Assembly (NCBI GenBank): GCA_977017575.1
Contig: CDRNVI010000054.1
Location: 310,001-374,000 of the forward strand
Origin: Paramoeba atlantica
Lineage: Eukaryota; Protista; Discosea
Direction of reading: 5' to 3'
DNA length: 64,000 bases
Shown here: positions 32,681 through 44,413 of the stretch, in pieces
How positions within the stretch are numbered: the stretch's first letter is position 1
How the letters are laid out: every line of letters begins with the position of its first letter
Notes under the pieces: generated by a model
What the model was told of the DNA's origin: nothing
The model's database searches: none
What the model saw: only the letters and a program-made list of their open reading frames with translations
Program-made: the position numbers and the translations under genes

Positions 32681-33385
32681 ATGTCCCTCTCCTCCCTCCT
32701 CCTCCCTCTCCTCCTCACCTCCCTCTCCCTCTCCCCCGTCTCCGCTGACCCGCTCCACGAGTACCGCCACCTCAAGTGTTCCATCTGCGAGACCGTCGCG
32801 CGTAAAATCTGGGATGAGCTCCAGACCCACTTGGAGAAAACAAAAGACGCGACCTTTCAAACCAGCGGGCGTCTCAACAAAAGCAACAAAATCAAACGGA
32901 AAAAATACTACGGCTCCGAGCTCCAGGGGGTTGAAATCATGGAGAACATCTGTGTGGAGATGGGCGATGAGTGCGCCCTGCGGTATGACCCGCAGCGCAA
33001 TTTGCGCGTCTTCTCCACAGATCACTCCCTGCCGCCTGCGGTGTTTTATAACCCGGAGGACCGTGCGGCGCTCCGGGCGGTCTCCAAAACCGTCTGTGAG
33101 AGTTTGTGTAAAGAAGATTTTGATGAATTCGAGGCGGAGCTGACGGATTTAATGAGGGAGGACACGAACGACCCCCTGGAGTCGTTTGAGGCGTTCTTGA
33201 CGTTTACCTGTAACCGAACGTTGGATTTGTGTAACAACCCGCGGATACCGAAACACGTGGAGAGGGAGCGTGAGATGAAGGCCGTGCATGACGCGAGGAA
33301 ATTACAGAGCACGGAAACGGGGAGTGAGGATGTGGATGGCGTGGACGAGGAAGATGAGGATGAGGAGGAAGAGGACGAGTTCTAG
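32681..33385 (+). CDS. Canopy/MSAP-like (DUF3456) saposin-type ER protein
   Basis: Signal peptide, LKCSICETV, GSEL...EIMENIC, VCESL, FTC...LDLC, acidic tail ending EDEF. Confidence 0.7.
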   Translation: MSLSSLLLPLLLTSLSLSPVSADPLHEYRHLKCSICETVARKIWDELQTHLEKTKDATFQTSGRLNKSNKIKRKKYYGSELQGVEIMENICVEMGDECALRYDPQRNLRVFSTDHSLPPAVFYNPEDRAALRAVSKTVCESLCKEDFDEFEAELTDLMREDTNDPLESFEAFLTFTCNRTLDLCNNPRIPKHVEREREMKAVHDARKLQSTETGSEDVDGVDEEDEDEEEEDEF

Positions 33386-33540
33386 TGAATAAACGCATCC
33401 TGGTGGGTACCTTTAATGAAGTTTGCTTTGACAATTTTCTTTTTTAATAATGTGTTTCACGTTAGATTTGGCACCAAACAAACCTGTATAAGTACTTCAA
33501 GTGAAAATTAAAATTTGTACTCTACGACACACAAAAGTTT

Positions 33541-34369
33541 TTGTCCGTGTTATCCTCGATGCATATTTTAACTTTATCCATGCCTATTCCTCCATTCAGT
33601 CTTCTTGCAAGCGATGCACCGCGCGTGGGCAAGGTTTCCTCAACGAATCTCCCGATCGAATACACTCTTGCACGTCTGATACAAAAGGTTACGGGAACAA
33701 AGCATGCGACATGGACCGAAATTACCCCAGGATGTGAATGGAAGGGGGTCAGATGTACCTCTACCGGTAATGTAACCAGCATTGTTTGGGGACATTTGGA
33801 GTATAACGAATGTCTAGGCGGCGATTTACAATGGCAGTACTTACCAAAATCCTTGTATGCCTTTACGATTAACAGCAAAAAAAATGTCTGGTGTAGTGCC
33901 ATGGTCGATTCTTCCACCCTTTATGGAATATTTGGGTCTTACGAGCAATGAGTTCGTTGGTAATTGCGATTTGGATGCACTGCCCAGGAACATGGCTACA
34001 CTCTGGCTTTCTCGTAATTGCTTCTCTGGATCGATATCTCTCGCAGCGCTACCGCCTCAACTTACAGCTTTGGATCTGTCGCACAATGCGTTTACAGGCA
34101 CTCCTGACTTACGATACTTACCGTTGCACCTTGAAGAGCTTTCCCTAGAAAATAACTCTCTCACGGGAACAATTGTGTTTGCAGGTCTGCCCCAAAGTCT
34201 AAGTCTTTTGACACTGGGAAGTAACATTGGATTGCAGGGTGAAGGAGCTCTTTGGCTCAGCACTGTTGACCCCTTTGCAGGAGTGATTAACATTCGATTC
34301 TTTCCCAATGGAAATATTGCGCGTCGCATACTCGAAATATTCATCGGCATACCACAGGAATTTGATTGA
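33541..34369 (+). pseudogene. LRR-family gene (copy 3) frameshifted in an A8 run near 33880
   Basis: GKVSSTNLPIEYTLAR N-terminus; seven A instead of eight would read NSKKMSGVVPW into the 33857-34369 frame. Confidence 0.8.
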
Positions 34370-34599
34370 GACAGAAATTTTAGAGCTGCAGAAAATGCGG
34401 TGCAGTGGGAAAACAATTAGAGAAAAGGCCAAGCAAAATCTGTGTTTTTGTGCAAAAAGACACCTTTTTTTTGCAAAAGACATTCTAAGAGTATCATTTT
34501 CAGAGTTATCTAATACTGTGCCCTCCGACTTATTCGTCACCTCCTTTTTGAAAAAAGACAAATAGCGTGGGGGTAAGTCTGTGACAATTAAGTGTGGGA

Positions 34600-35512
34600 A
34601 AACAATACATGTATGCTTCAAAATATGTGTCTGTTTACAAATGTTCTTAGTTCAGCGTTAGGACCATCAGTAAGGTGGCAGTACCACGGAAGACCACGAG
34701 GAGGTCCCGGCCCTACTTTCTCAATTTTGATTTGCGCCCAGAGGCAAGCGCAGTGTGCTTTTGAGGTAGTACAGGCATGCAAAAATTGTTATGCTGCATG
34801 ATAGCTGGCGCGGAAATTAGCCTTGTCCTAGAATGAAAAGTGTTTCATCAGTGCTCAAGACTTCTACTCAACAGCTCTCTGATTTTTCATATCATACAGG
34901 CCGGCCAAGAATATTGTTATGGTTTCCATTTCGTTTGTTATTGCACACCTCACGTTTCGTCAAACACTATTATTTCCTTTGAAATAACACTGTGCTGTTC
35001 GATAAGTTGTCTGTTTGATTAGTGAGTCTGTTCGATTATTGAGTGCTGTTCGATTAGATCTCGGTCAACTTTCGCTATTGCAAGTTGACACTCGCAGTTG
35101 ATGGATCTCTCGGGGGTTTTCTGGACTACCATTGTTAACAATCTTTTGAAAAAATTCTGCGCCTTTCTTTTTTATTCGAGAAACGGTATGAAAGTTTACA
35201 GAATACCTTTGACTTAGCTTTTCTGCCGACTCATCAGACTGACACAGTTAGTTTCTGTTGAGTGGTCAGGTGCTAGATTTTTTTCGAATGTTGATGTCGT
35301 GATAGTTTTGACTGTCGTATTGATACAATTTGATAGAGCACCGACTCATGGGGCAGGGTGGGTATCGTCAGGGCGACGGGGATGACATGAAGAGGGTTGT
35401 GGGGCAGAATGATCGTTGGCAAGATGAGACAGGGTTGAGGGGTGTTGTCGGGTCACGGTGCCGGATCTCCTAGGCTTCGTCGAAAAAAACAAACAAGTGG
35501 TGGGGGGGCACA
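34600..35512 (-). mobile_element. Highly degenerate Tc1/IS630-like relic
   Basis: HTH-like AEKLSQRYSVNFHTVSRIKK, VLSTDETLF, end GGGGGGCACAG-TA; many stops. Confidence 0.4.
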
Positions 35513-35866
35513 GTATTTCGTCCTTTCTTTTTCATCAAACCCTAAATTAAAAAAAATCGCTTTAAAAGTCAGCGAGTCCGAGAACCCCCCATTGTGTAAC
35601 GTACGCCAATTATGTAGATCTTAGATCTACGGCTTTTCTACAGCACTAAACTATTGATTACAAAAGCGGCGGTACCAGTACAAGACTGGTACCGCCGCGG
35701 GGTACGAGGCTAGCTGGGTGATGGGATTAGGGGGGGAGGAAAAGGGAATTACAAAAATATAGTTCGGTCAGAAAATAAGCAGTCAGAAAATACGTTTTCA
35801 CTCATGGTTTTCAATGCGAAGGTCAGCTCAAAGCGTGAGGAATCCAGCAATTCTTAAAGTAGCACG

Positions 35867-36634
35867 ATGAAAGGTGTGTTGCGTTTCTTCCATAAGCGTC
35901 TGTGCGTGCCGTACAAAACAGTTGTGCAGCGACCCAATTTCGCCAACGAGGAGAACAAACAAAGAAGTGTGACGACCCTCACCTCGACCCCCAGAACTCC
36001 ACATGTAGATCCCACACAAACAGACTTGCTGCCTTTATATGTCAATCCAAACTCATCGCCGTTGTCTGTGCCCCTACTCTATCTCACTCGTAGCGCACGA
36101 TCGCGCATACAACATTATCTTCGCACCCGAAACGATGGGGATGAAGTCATAAACCCAAAAAGGGAGAAACCTTCGGCAATCGAGAGTTCCCCCCTGAGCG
36201 ACTCAACGGCAAGCGGAAATTTTACATCCCCTCTTCTGCAAGATGAACAGCGAAAAGATGAACTGCAAAACGACCAGCCTTCGATACCTTCCGCTTCGCC
36301 TACCGTTATAAATAAGCACCAGGATGAAACAAACAATACGAAGTCCTCCTTTTCCGCCCTGCGCGTAGATCTTACCCCGGGCGGTTGTCAAGGACTCTCC
36401 TACGCGTTTACGTTCGAGTCAGCACAGAAGTATTCCCCGGACAAGGATGTTTTATTACGTTTCCCCGAAGGCGGTGTCGTGATACGGCGCGTGTGTATGA
36501 GCGCGCTGAAGGGCTCCACGTTAGATTTCCACAGTGAGCTCAAAGGTTCGGCGTTTGTGATTACGAATAACCCGAACGCCGATACCTCGTGCTCCTGTGG
36601 CACCTCGTTTACGCCGTGGGAGAAGCAAAAGTAG
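35867..36634 (+). CDS. ISCA2: IscA/HesB Fe-S cluster assembly protein, mitochondrial
   Basis: LRVDLTPGGCQGLSY, GSTLDF.SEL.GSAF, NNPNA..SCSCGTSF; basic N-terminal leader. Confidence 0.85.
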   Translation: MKGVLRFFHKRLCVPYKTVVQRPNFANEENKQRSVTTLTSTPRTPHVDPTQTDLLPLYVNPNSSPLSVPLLYLTRSARSRIQHYLRTRNDGDEVINPKREKPSAIESSPLSDSTASGNFTSPLLQDEQRKDELQNDQPSIPSASPTVINKHQDETNNTKSSFSALRVDLTPGGCQGLSYAFTFESAQKYSPDKDVLLRFPEGGVVIRRVCMSALKGSTLDFHSELKGSAFVITNNPNADTSCSCGTSFTPWEKQK

Positions 36635-37322
36635 GAGCTTATTTTCCTTGTAAAAATGGAGTTACAGAGGATCTGCATGTGCATTTACATCTTCACGCGT
36701 GTTTTCGCGTGAACTTCAGAGTGTTGAGTCACCAACCACGTTCATATGGTACGTGTCGCTTCTACATCGATTTTAACTCGCAACACCACAATCCCCAATT
36801 TTCCAGAAATGTGGGAAATGAGAGGGAAAACTTTCGCATGATTTCGATTTCGTGAAAATTGAATGACAGCTGTTTTACTTAGGGTTCAAATCCCCCTTTT
36901 CAACTGCACCGCAAACAGAAGTATTTTAAAGCATTTCATTTCTTGCAAACATGAATCACGCGAACGGTACATTCGTTCGAAGGACAATTCTCTTCTTCAA
37001 AAGTTTGACCGGATTTGCATCAATCACCGCTTCTCTGTTCCGAATTTGACGTGAACGCTTATTTCAAGGAACACACTTCATCGAACGTCCCATTTTTCGA
37101 AGCACTGCAATATTTGGTGTTAGAACGAATAAAACGATAACAATGAGTAAAGCTTAATCAATAAGAAAAAAAAATTTGATTAGAAACAAAATAACTGAAA
37201 AGAAAATACCTCAGATATGCCCATCCGGACTCCTTGGCACGCCGGAAACGTTGAGAGTTTCATTTCGGAAAAATAAAAAAGAAGAACCATCCGGTAGGTA
37301 TTGATAGTCGTGAGTAATATTA

Positions 37323-37597
37323 CCGTATACCCCCCAGTAATAGACCCCCCCAGTAACAGACATTTAGCTCGGAGGGTGGTTGGAGGGGGAGGGGGTGTTT
37401 GAGCGGGTGGGGATCGCTGGGCTGGGTGAGGGCGGTTGCGCGGGAGCGAATGGCGTAGTTGCGGGGTTGTCTGGACAGAAAATCAATGCACCCATGAACA
37501 AAAAGGTCTTTTCCCACCAAAAAAGCATACCCCCCCAGTAACAGAGATTTGGCCATTTGGGTTCAAAATCGATTCTATTACTGGGGGGGTATACGGT
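37323..37597. mobile_element. Tc1/pogo-type MITE
   Basis: TIR CCGTATACCCCCCAGTAATAG with TA flanks. Confidence 0.75.
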
Positions 37598-37683
37598 AAT
37601 AAACTTTACTGATCATTTGAAGATTTATCAGCAATAAGTATTGATAAATATTCAAAGCCTTTTGAGCGTATCTACTTTAAATC

Positions 37684-38571
37684 ATGTGGTTCATCCTGCA
37701 TGCCTCGGACAGTGCCCCTGTACGAAAGCCGGCTCGCGTACGCGGTCCTTCCCTTCCGCAAGAGTATGATCTCGCCCGTGTTGTGAGCAACATTTCGAGT
37801 CGTGATCCCTCATGGACTACAGAGACACACGCGTGTGCGTGGCACGGCGTAACGTGTGTGGTGAGTGGTCAAGTTGACGAAATAAAGTGGCCCGCTATGG
37901 AGCTTCGAGGTACAATATCCTGGTGCCATATTCCAGTTACTGTACAGACCGTGATTCTGGGAAAGTATTTTAGCTGGGAACGTCTGAATAAAATTACCGG
38001 CAGTCTTCCGGTTTTGGAGTTGCCACCGCGACTCGAAACGTTTATCATAGATGCCAACGACATGACGGGGGGAATCGACTTAGATGAGCTTCCTTCGGAT
38101 CTGATATATTTTGGAGTGGCGAAAAATCGGTTTGAGGGGTCGGTGTCTCTATCTTGTTTACCTCAAGGTCTAACCATATTAGATCTTCAAGAAAATTTAC
38201 TTTATGGGGAGCTTGACTTGACCACCTTACCCTCCACGCTAGAAAAACTGTATCTTGCCAACAACATGTTTTATGGGCGCCTGATTCTTAAGAGCTTACC
38301 AACTACGCTCGTACGCCTTGACATCGACAATAATAAACTGAGCGGTGAATTGAACCTTAATTCTGTTCCATCGACGTTGAAATACGTCTTCCTGAAAAAT
38401 AACTCGTTTACTGGGCATGTTGACCTCCGAACCGCATCGAAATATTTGATTTTAATTGACCTTAAAGGAAATAATATTTCTTCAGTGGAACCCATTCCAC
38501 ATCCACAGTCTTTGAGATGTGATTTAGGACGGTTACCTTCCCTCATTGCTACACCTCTTGATGCTTGGTAA
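37684..38571 (+). CDS. LRR-family protein (copy 4)
   Basis: RVRGPSLPQEYDLAR N-terminus, CAWHGVTC cap, about 8 LRRs. Confidence 0.88.
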   Translation: MWFILHASDSAPVRKPARVRGPSLPQEYDLARVVSNISSRDPSWTTETHACAWHGVTCVVSGQVDEIKWPAMELRGTISWCHIPVTVQTVILGKYFSWERLNKITGSLPVLELPPRLETFIIDANDMTGGIDLDELPSDLIYFGVAKNRFEGSVSLSCLPQGLTILDLQENLLYGELDLTTLPSTLEKLYLANNMFYGRLILKSLPTTLVRLDIDNNKLSGELNLNSVPSTLKYVFLKNNSFTGHVDLRTASKYLILIDLKGNNISSVEPIPHPQSLRCDLGRLPSLIATPLDAW

Positions 38572-38807
38572 TCGAATATCCTCAAATACTGCAAGGAGCC
38601 ATGCATTACTGTGCGTAACGCTCCAAATAGTTATGCAGGGGCGTGCACGAAAAAGGCACATACCATAGTAGTGAAAATTTTGTAAAACTTATCCCATTTT
38701 ATAAAATAATAGCGCATTGGGGAGCCCTCGAAATACGGAGTGTTTCCCTATCCTTTCCTAGCACTACCCCTTTCTTATCTTTTCTTCCCTTCCCCTATAA
38801 CGCTCCT

Positions 38808-39590
38808 ATGCCGCAGAACGAGTACATTGAGCTCGCACAGAAACGGTACGGGCGACAGCTCGACGCCCCGGAACGCTCCCGAAAGCGTCTCGCCCGGGGT
38901 CACCACAAACAGGCGAAGAAACTCAAAACCACGCGGGGGTTTAAGGCCAAGATCGCCTCCTCGCGCCGCTACAAAGAGAAAGCGGAGATCCGGAAACGCA
39001 TGAGAGCCCACCAAGAGAAACTCGCGCCCCACCAAAAGATCAAACCCACCACGGAGGGGGCGCTGCCTGCGTTTCTCATGGACCGCGCCGAGACGGAGCG
39101 CAGCAAAGTGCTCAGTAACAGTTTAAAACAGAAACGGAAGGAGAAGGCGGGGAAGTGGTCGGTGCCGATCCCGAAAGTGAAGTCCATGGTGGAGGACGAG
39201 ATGTTTCAGGTCGTCACGAGTGGGAAGCGGGGAAAAAAGTCCTGGAAACGGATGATTAACAAGGTCACCTTCGTGGGGGAGAGCTTCACGCGAAAGATGC
39301 CGAAATACGAGCGGTTTATTCGTCCCATGGGGCTGCGACAGAAGAAGGCCCAGGTGACGCATCCCGAGCTGAAGACCACGTTCACGCTCCCGATCATAGG
39401 GGTGAAGAAGAATCCCCAAAGTCGGGTGTACACTACCCTCGGGGTGATCACCAAGGGTACAGTGATTGAGGTGAATGTCAGCGAGCTCGGCTTGGTGACC
39501 CCCAGCGGGAAGGTGGTCTGGGGGAAATACGCCCAGGTTACGAATAATCCCGAACTTGATGGTGTGATTAATGCCGTGTTGCTGGTGTAA
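38808..39590 (+). CDS. NSA2: Ribosome biogenesis protein NSA2
   Basis: MPQNEYIE...through...[20 protein letters not shown], 260 aa from the ATG at 38808. Confidence 0.97.
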   Translation: MPQNEYIELAQKRYGRQLDAPERSRKRLARGHHKQAKKLKTTRGFKAKIASSRRYKEKAEIRKRMRAHQEKLAPHQKIKPTTEGALPAFLMDRAETERSKVLSNSLKQKRKEKAGKWSVPIPKVKSMVEDEMFQVVTSGKRGKKSWKRMINKVTFVGESFTRKMPKYERFIRPMGLRQKKAQVTHPELKTTFTLPIIGVKKNPQSRVYTTLGVITKGTVIEVNVSELGLVTPSGKVVWGKYAQVTNNPELDGVINAVLLV

Positions 39591-39818
39591 TAAGGCGGTT
39601 AGGGACCATTTTTTATTTAGTCATGTGTCCTTGGTTAAAAAACCGTTCTGATTAAAACTTATGTCAGAAAACATGTATTCCGTTCGTAATTCTACATGTT
39701 TTAATTGGTTTGTTAACAAACTAGTCCTTAATACGAAACGTTTAATGTCTATCTGTATCTCTATTTTGTCATGAATTTACAGTACAAGGCAAAACCTTCG
39801 CAAACTTAAGTACGCACC

Positions 39819-40652
39819 ATGACACAAGCTCGAGCAGGTGTCAAAAGAATTATTACGGACGACGACTCCGGCGATGAGTTTCTCTCCAGTGAGAGGGAGA
39901 ACATTAATGTTCTAACAAGACAGGATGATGGTCCGTCTACTGAACCATCGAAAGCAGATTTGGCCACAGAGAAGGCCAGTCACGTACCGACCCAACCCAC
40001 ACTGATGCTTTCGAAAACACAATGTGTCCACCCGTCTCTCAAATCACCTCATGAGGGGAAGGAAGCGAAGCCTCGTGACGGGTTGAGTGCTGAGACGAAG
40101 TCTACTGCAAAGTCGCAACGTACAAATGATAACGAGCGCAACACACCGATCAGCAAAATGAATCGAGAAGAATCGAAACTTACCAAAAGTCCGAAACAAT
40201 TTGTCAAAGGTCAGAATGGGTTGGTTGTTTTAGAATCTTATGTATACACAGATTCAGCGGATAATCAGAGTATGGAGATTCGGGAGGAGGCTTTGTTAAA
40301 GAATGTGGACAAGGTGTCGGACTTGAATACCAGCGTCGGAAACGAGTCTGCAATTGTTTCTGCATCCCTCGTAAAAGACCCTGATATGAATTCGCCCGAT
40401 TGTACAAAACGTGCTTTGAACGACAGCGAACCTGTTCAATCGGTCGCGCAGTGTTCGAACGAAAAGCCTACGATATCTCCACCATGTATTTTATCTTCTC
40501 CAGTTCCTTCAGTGCATTCTACGGAGAACAAAAGTCCAACACCGCCTGTCCAAACACCTAACAAACACACTGGAGCCGTGCGACAATTGGATTTAAAAAA
40601 GTTCTTTTTGAAAAAATCTGACTATTCGAGTCCCAATGCACGTAAGTGTTAA
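39819..40652 (+). CDS. Disordered protein with C-terminal PIP-box-like motif
   Basis: Low-complexity S/E/K/P sequence; QLDLKKFF near the C-terminus. Confidence 0.5.
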   Translation: MTQARAGVKRIITDDDSGDEFLSSERENINVLTRQDDGPSTEPSKADLATEKASHVPTQPTLMLSKTQCVHPSLKSPHEGKEAKPRDGLSAETKSTAKSQRTNDNERNTPISKMNREESKLTKSPKQFVKGQNGLVVLESYVYTDSADNQSMEIREEALLKNVDKVSDLNTSVGNESAIVSASLVKDPDMNSPDCTKRALNDSEPVQSVAQCSNEKPTISPPCILSSPVPSVHSTENKSPTPPVQTPNKHTGAVRQLDLKKFFLKKSDYSSPNARKC

Positions 40653-41299
40653 TAAATGACGAATGTAGTACTGTACGTACTGTATGTAGACGTGTGATGT
40701 TCCTCTATATTGTTTTCTAGACGCTTTTTTCTCATTTCCCCCCGTAGCCTATTAAAGTTTAACAGTACAGTGTTTAATTGCGGAGTGGAAAGCATTAACA
40801 CCTGTCACAATTCAGGAACTGTGGGTGTTTGCGAGATCTGGCATGCGATTTCTTTACGCCGAGTGGGTCGTTAGTATTCTGTCTGATTTTGCCTCCGGTG
40901 GCGGTTCGAACCTGCGCGTGAGAACACACCTGATTTCAAGTTATAAAATAGCCACTTGGGTAGTGGCCGCCTTTCGTGTTCACTAGTGTAGGGAATGATG
41001 AGGATCAAGAGGACATCTTTTCAGCCATTTGTTCCAGAATTTATTTTGAGACCCCCGTGACATCGTACATCACAATTTTTTTTGAGGACAGAGCAATGTG
41101 GGAAGTCAGAGACATGTGGAGGCACCCGACTTCGAATCTGAAGTTTATTGTTCATGTACTTATAGTGCAGAGATTTAAGTTGTGTCGGAAAATTATGCTT
41201 TATAAGACGAGCACAATACGAGCTTTCCGACAACTATTATTCCCCATCACCTACCGCAGCGTCATTCGCGTTCCAAGCAGGGAAATCACGGTTTTGAAA

Positions 41300-42132
41300 A
41301 ATGATGTAATTACCGCGTAATGCCCTGTGCACCATTGATTCTCGACACCCGCTCGTCGAGCTCTTGCTGCCTGAGAAAAGGAGATTAGCTGGCGGGTTGT
41401 GTGATACAAGCTTCCCCGGGCTCCTGCTCAAAGAACAGGAGCAGCGTATTTTTGTGAGTTCAAGTTTCGTGTGCGCCAGTTTCACAGGTCCACCGAGCAG
41501 GTCTGAGGTCTGGAGGACCGACCCGGAACCTCCCGCAGGGCATCAGCTCCCGTACCCGGCGTGGTCGTTAAACACGTCGTTGCCTCCTTGAACAAGCGGA
41601 AACTGGTAGAGGCGTTCGGATCTCGCACCCCCGATCGTCAGTGAGGGTCCTGGCTTGATAATCATGCGCCTGTTATTGTGCAGAGACAATATCCTTACTA
41701 CAACACCCGATATGGTTGGCACATAATCCGTCCACAGCGAATGTCGCTAACGAGGGTTTAGCACGGACTCTGTCGGTACAGGGATCCAACTCGTCTCTCT
41801 TTACGCAGCAGTAGGGGTGCACTGCAAACGACCGCTGCTTCGGTGTAAGACAAGACAAAACGACGCCCAATGTTCTTCCGGGGAGGCCATCATCGTGCAT
41901 GGCTCCCCGGAAAGCGCGAGACACAGAGGGTCGGGAAGGGAAGAAAACTCACTCAAGGAGTGAGCTGGGGACGGATGAAGAGTCAAAAATACGTCCCCTA
42001 CTTCCACGACAAAGAGGGACAGTTCCCACTAGCCGTCAACGGGAAACGGGCATGAAAGAGAAAATGTATGCCTGTTTCTAGCATAAGAAAAGAAGGGCTA
42101 GCAAGTCTGTACCAAGGTACAGAAACTGTATC
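41300..42132 (-). mobile_element. SL-headed element (copy B); 3' end not determined
   Basis: Head GATACAGTTTCTGTACCTTG/GTACAG at 42113-42132. About 480 nt are homologous to 48845-49321; the downstream body is homologous to 53040-53400. Confidence 0.7.
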
Positions 42133-42366
42133 TGTATGACATCTCACTCATGTCTTCCCACTTCTCTGCGTAAAATGATCACCAACTGTTTCACTCAATT
42201 CGCGCCATACTTTGTTCTGATATTACTTGCATTCCCCAAGCTTGCATGGGCAAAATTTTGTTTATTTATGTTACTGTAGTAGTCGTATCCTCTACTGTAG
42301 TTTTCCTACGTTTATAAACTTTCATAATCAAAGTTTAACTAAATTAAAGTTACTTTTGCTCATCAA

Positions 42367-42969
42367 ATGTATCCTTTTCGGAAACTGGATCGGAGGCAAC
42401 GCGTATTCCATCGCCCTTCTTTTTCCATTTTCGACTATCGTGTACCTCACCGACACTACTGTACCTGTACTGCTTCCCCCTCATCGGCACTCTCCCCGAA
42501 GAACGCGGAACTCCCGTCACCGAAAATTGTCGAGCTTGCACAGGCTTACTCAAAGCTCTCTTTAAAAGAATTCACTTCCCTGCAACGTCAAATTTTTGTT
42601 GAATTGGGTTATACTCCAGAGTTTTACGAGAAGGCACTTTTGCAGTCCATGGGCGGGGGAGGAGGTACTCCGGTGGTCATGGCGGCCGCCGCAGCGGCTC
42701 CGGCTGCCAAACCGACCCAGGAAGCGGAACCGGCTGAAGAGGCCCCGAAGAAGGAGCAGACCTCCTTTGACGTAAAGCTGGTTTCCTATCCTCCCACCAG
42801 TAAGGTACAGCTTATCAAGGAACTGCGCTCCGTAACGCAGCTCGGACTGATGGATGCGAAGCAAACCATTGAAAAGTCTGGGATTGTGGCGAAGAAATTA
42901 GGCAAAGAGGAGGCAGAGAAATTGAAAGGATTATTCGAGAAGCACCAAGCAAAGGTCGAAATCGTATAG
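42367..42969 (+). CDS. MRPL12: Mitochondrial ribosomal protein L7/L12
   Basis: EQTSFDVKL...KVQLIKELR..TQLGLMDAK..IEK......GKEEAEKLK..FEK..AKVEI. Confidence 0.9.
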   Translation: MYPFRKLDRRQRVFHRPSFSIFDYRVPHRHYCTCTASPSSALSPKNAELPSPKIVELAQAYSKLSLKEFTSLQRQIFVELGYTPEFYEKALLQSMGGGGGTPVVMAAAAAAPAAKPTQEAEPAEEAPKKEQTSFDVKLVSYPPTSKVQLIKELRSVTQLGLMDAKQTIEKSGIVAKKLGKEEAEKLKGLFEKHQAKVEIV

Positions 42970-43306
42970 AATGGATCTTCCTCGCGGTTTCTTTGAATTT
43001 CTCCTGACACAACCGTTCCTAAAACACTCCGTTACCGTGTTTGCCACGCTGCCACCCATTGTGTATTCTAACTCTTTATCATGAACTTTTGTAAATAAAT
43101 CACAAACAACTCTCTTTTTCTACACCTCTAACCAACCAGAGGCAAAGCTGTGTATCCAAATTTCTCCTCTATCATGACCCTCTTCAACCTATTTCCCATT
43201 TTACTACATTTTTTCAAAACAAAAAAAAATTAAAAAAGAAAAAAAATATTTTTTCCCATTTTCAACCTCTTATCCCCACATTCACACCATCTTTCCCCCT
43301 CCCCCC

Positions 43307-44233
43307 ATGTCCCCCACCCTCTCCCCCCTCCTCAACTGCCTCCTCTGCCCCCTCCTCTCCCTCGCCCTCCTCCACGCCCTCACCGGCCCCCACCCCACCC
43401 TCCTCACCCTGGCCTGGGCCCTCCTGCACACCTCCCTGGGGTACAAGCTCCAGCGACTCCCCGGCTCCGGCAGGCTCATCGACGGCTACCCCCTGTGGTC
43501 GTACCACAGCAGCCTGCTCCAGCAGGTACTCATCCTACCCGCACTCACCTACGGGTATTATTATTACAGTAGGTATGATAATATGAATATACATCTAGTC
43601 AATAGTCATCATAATAGTAGGTATGATTTATGTAATCTATACAACAGTAGCCATTGTAGTTATGATTATAATGGTAGTAGTAGTAGTGGTGGGAGTAGTA
43701 GTTCAATAGGATTACTCAGCAGCCTGGGCTCTTCCCCCGGGATGGGCGCTGTGGCTGCGCTCTACCACTTACATGCGGTGTGTTCCGTGGCGGGGGCCAT
43801 GCTCAAGGATCACTGGGTCTATGGGAACCGGAACCACTGGACGCTGCTGGTCCACCACGCGATGACCAGCTACGCCTGTGGGTGGTGTCTGGGGGTTCCG
43901 TTTCTAAAGGAGAGGGTGTTTTATGTGGGCGTGGGGGTGGAGGTGAGTTCGTTGTTTTATAACCTCGCGATTTTGTTTCCCGTGCGTAAATTTGCCGCCC
44001 TGCAGGTGGTGTTTGTGACGTTGTCGAATTTGAATTGTGTGGGGTTGCTGTGGGAGGTGATGAAGGTGGGGAAGGAGGGGGGTGCGGTGCCGTATCTGTG
44101 GTTTTGGCAGCTTTCCTATGCGGTGGTTTGTGCGGGTTTGCTGACGTTTCGGTTTGCGGGGGTTTGGAGTGCGGTGCAGATCTTGCGGGGATCGAGGGGA
44201 GGAAAAGGTGTTGTGATGCACAGAGTGGAATAA
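43307..44233 (+). CDS. TLC (TRAM/LAG1/CLN8)-domain membrane protein
   Basis: Multi-TM; LLVHHA motif; GVEVSSLFYN; FVTLSN. Confidence 0.65.
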   Translation: MSPTLSPLLNCLLCPLLSLALLHALTGPHPTLLTLAWALLHTSLGYKLQRLPGSGRLIDGYPLWSYHSSLLQQVLILPALTYGYYYYSRYDNMNIHLVNSHHNSRYDLCNLYNSSHCSYDYNGSSSSGGSSSSIGLLSSLGSSPGMGAVAALYHLHAVCSVAGAMLKDHWVYGNRNHWTLLVHHAMTSYACGWCLGVPFLKERVFYVGVGVEVSSLFYNLAILFPVRKFAALQVVFVTLSNLNCVGLLWEVMKVGKEGGAVPYLWFWQLSYAVVCAGLLTFRFAGVWSAVQILRGSRGGKGVVMHRVE

Positions 44234-44413
44234 GGTGGAGGATAAATAGCGAGTGCGAATTGGACTATAAGTTGAAACGTTTTTTTAAACAAATTGTTTC
44301 CTTCTGTATTTTGCATACCCATGACACCTGTTCTTTTGTTATGACATTGAAGGACTTCGTTTCTTTTTTAGAACAACCATTTTGATCATTATGATTCCCG
44401 TATTTTTTCCTTT

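Noticed and set aside
36880-36900. B-box-like GGTTCAAATCCC
   Set aside because: No upstream A box or cloverleaf.
38643-38807. N-terminal extension of NSA2 in the ORF track
   Set aside because: Non-ATG start running through the polypyrimidine tract; the conserved protein starts at MPQNEYIE.
40855-40920. tRNA gene (GCCGAGTGG A-box-like, GGTTCGAACC B-box-like)
   Set aside because: No acceptor or anticodon stem can be formed; at most a decayed Pol III relic.
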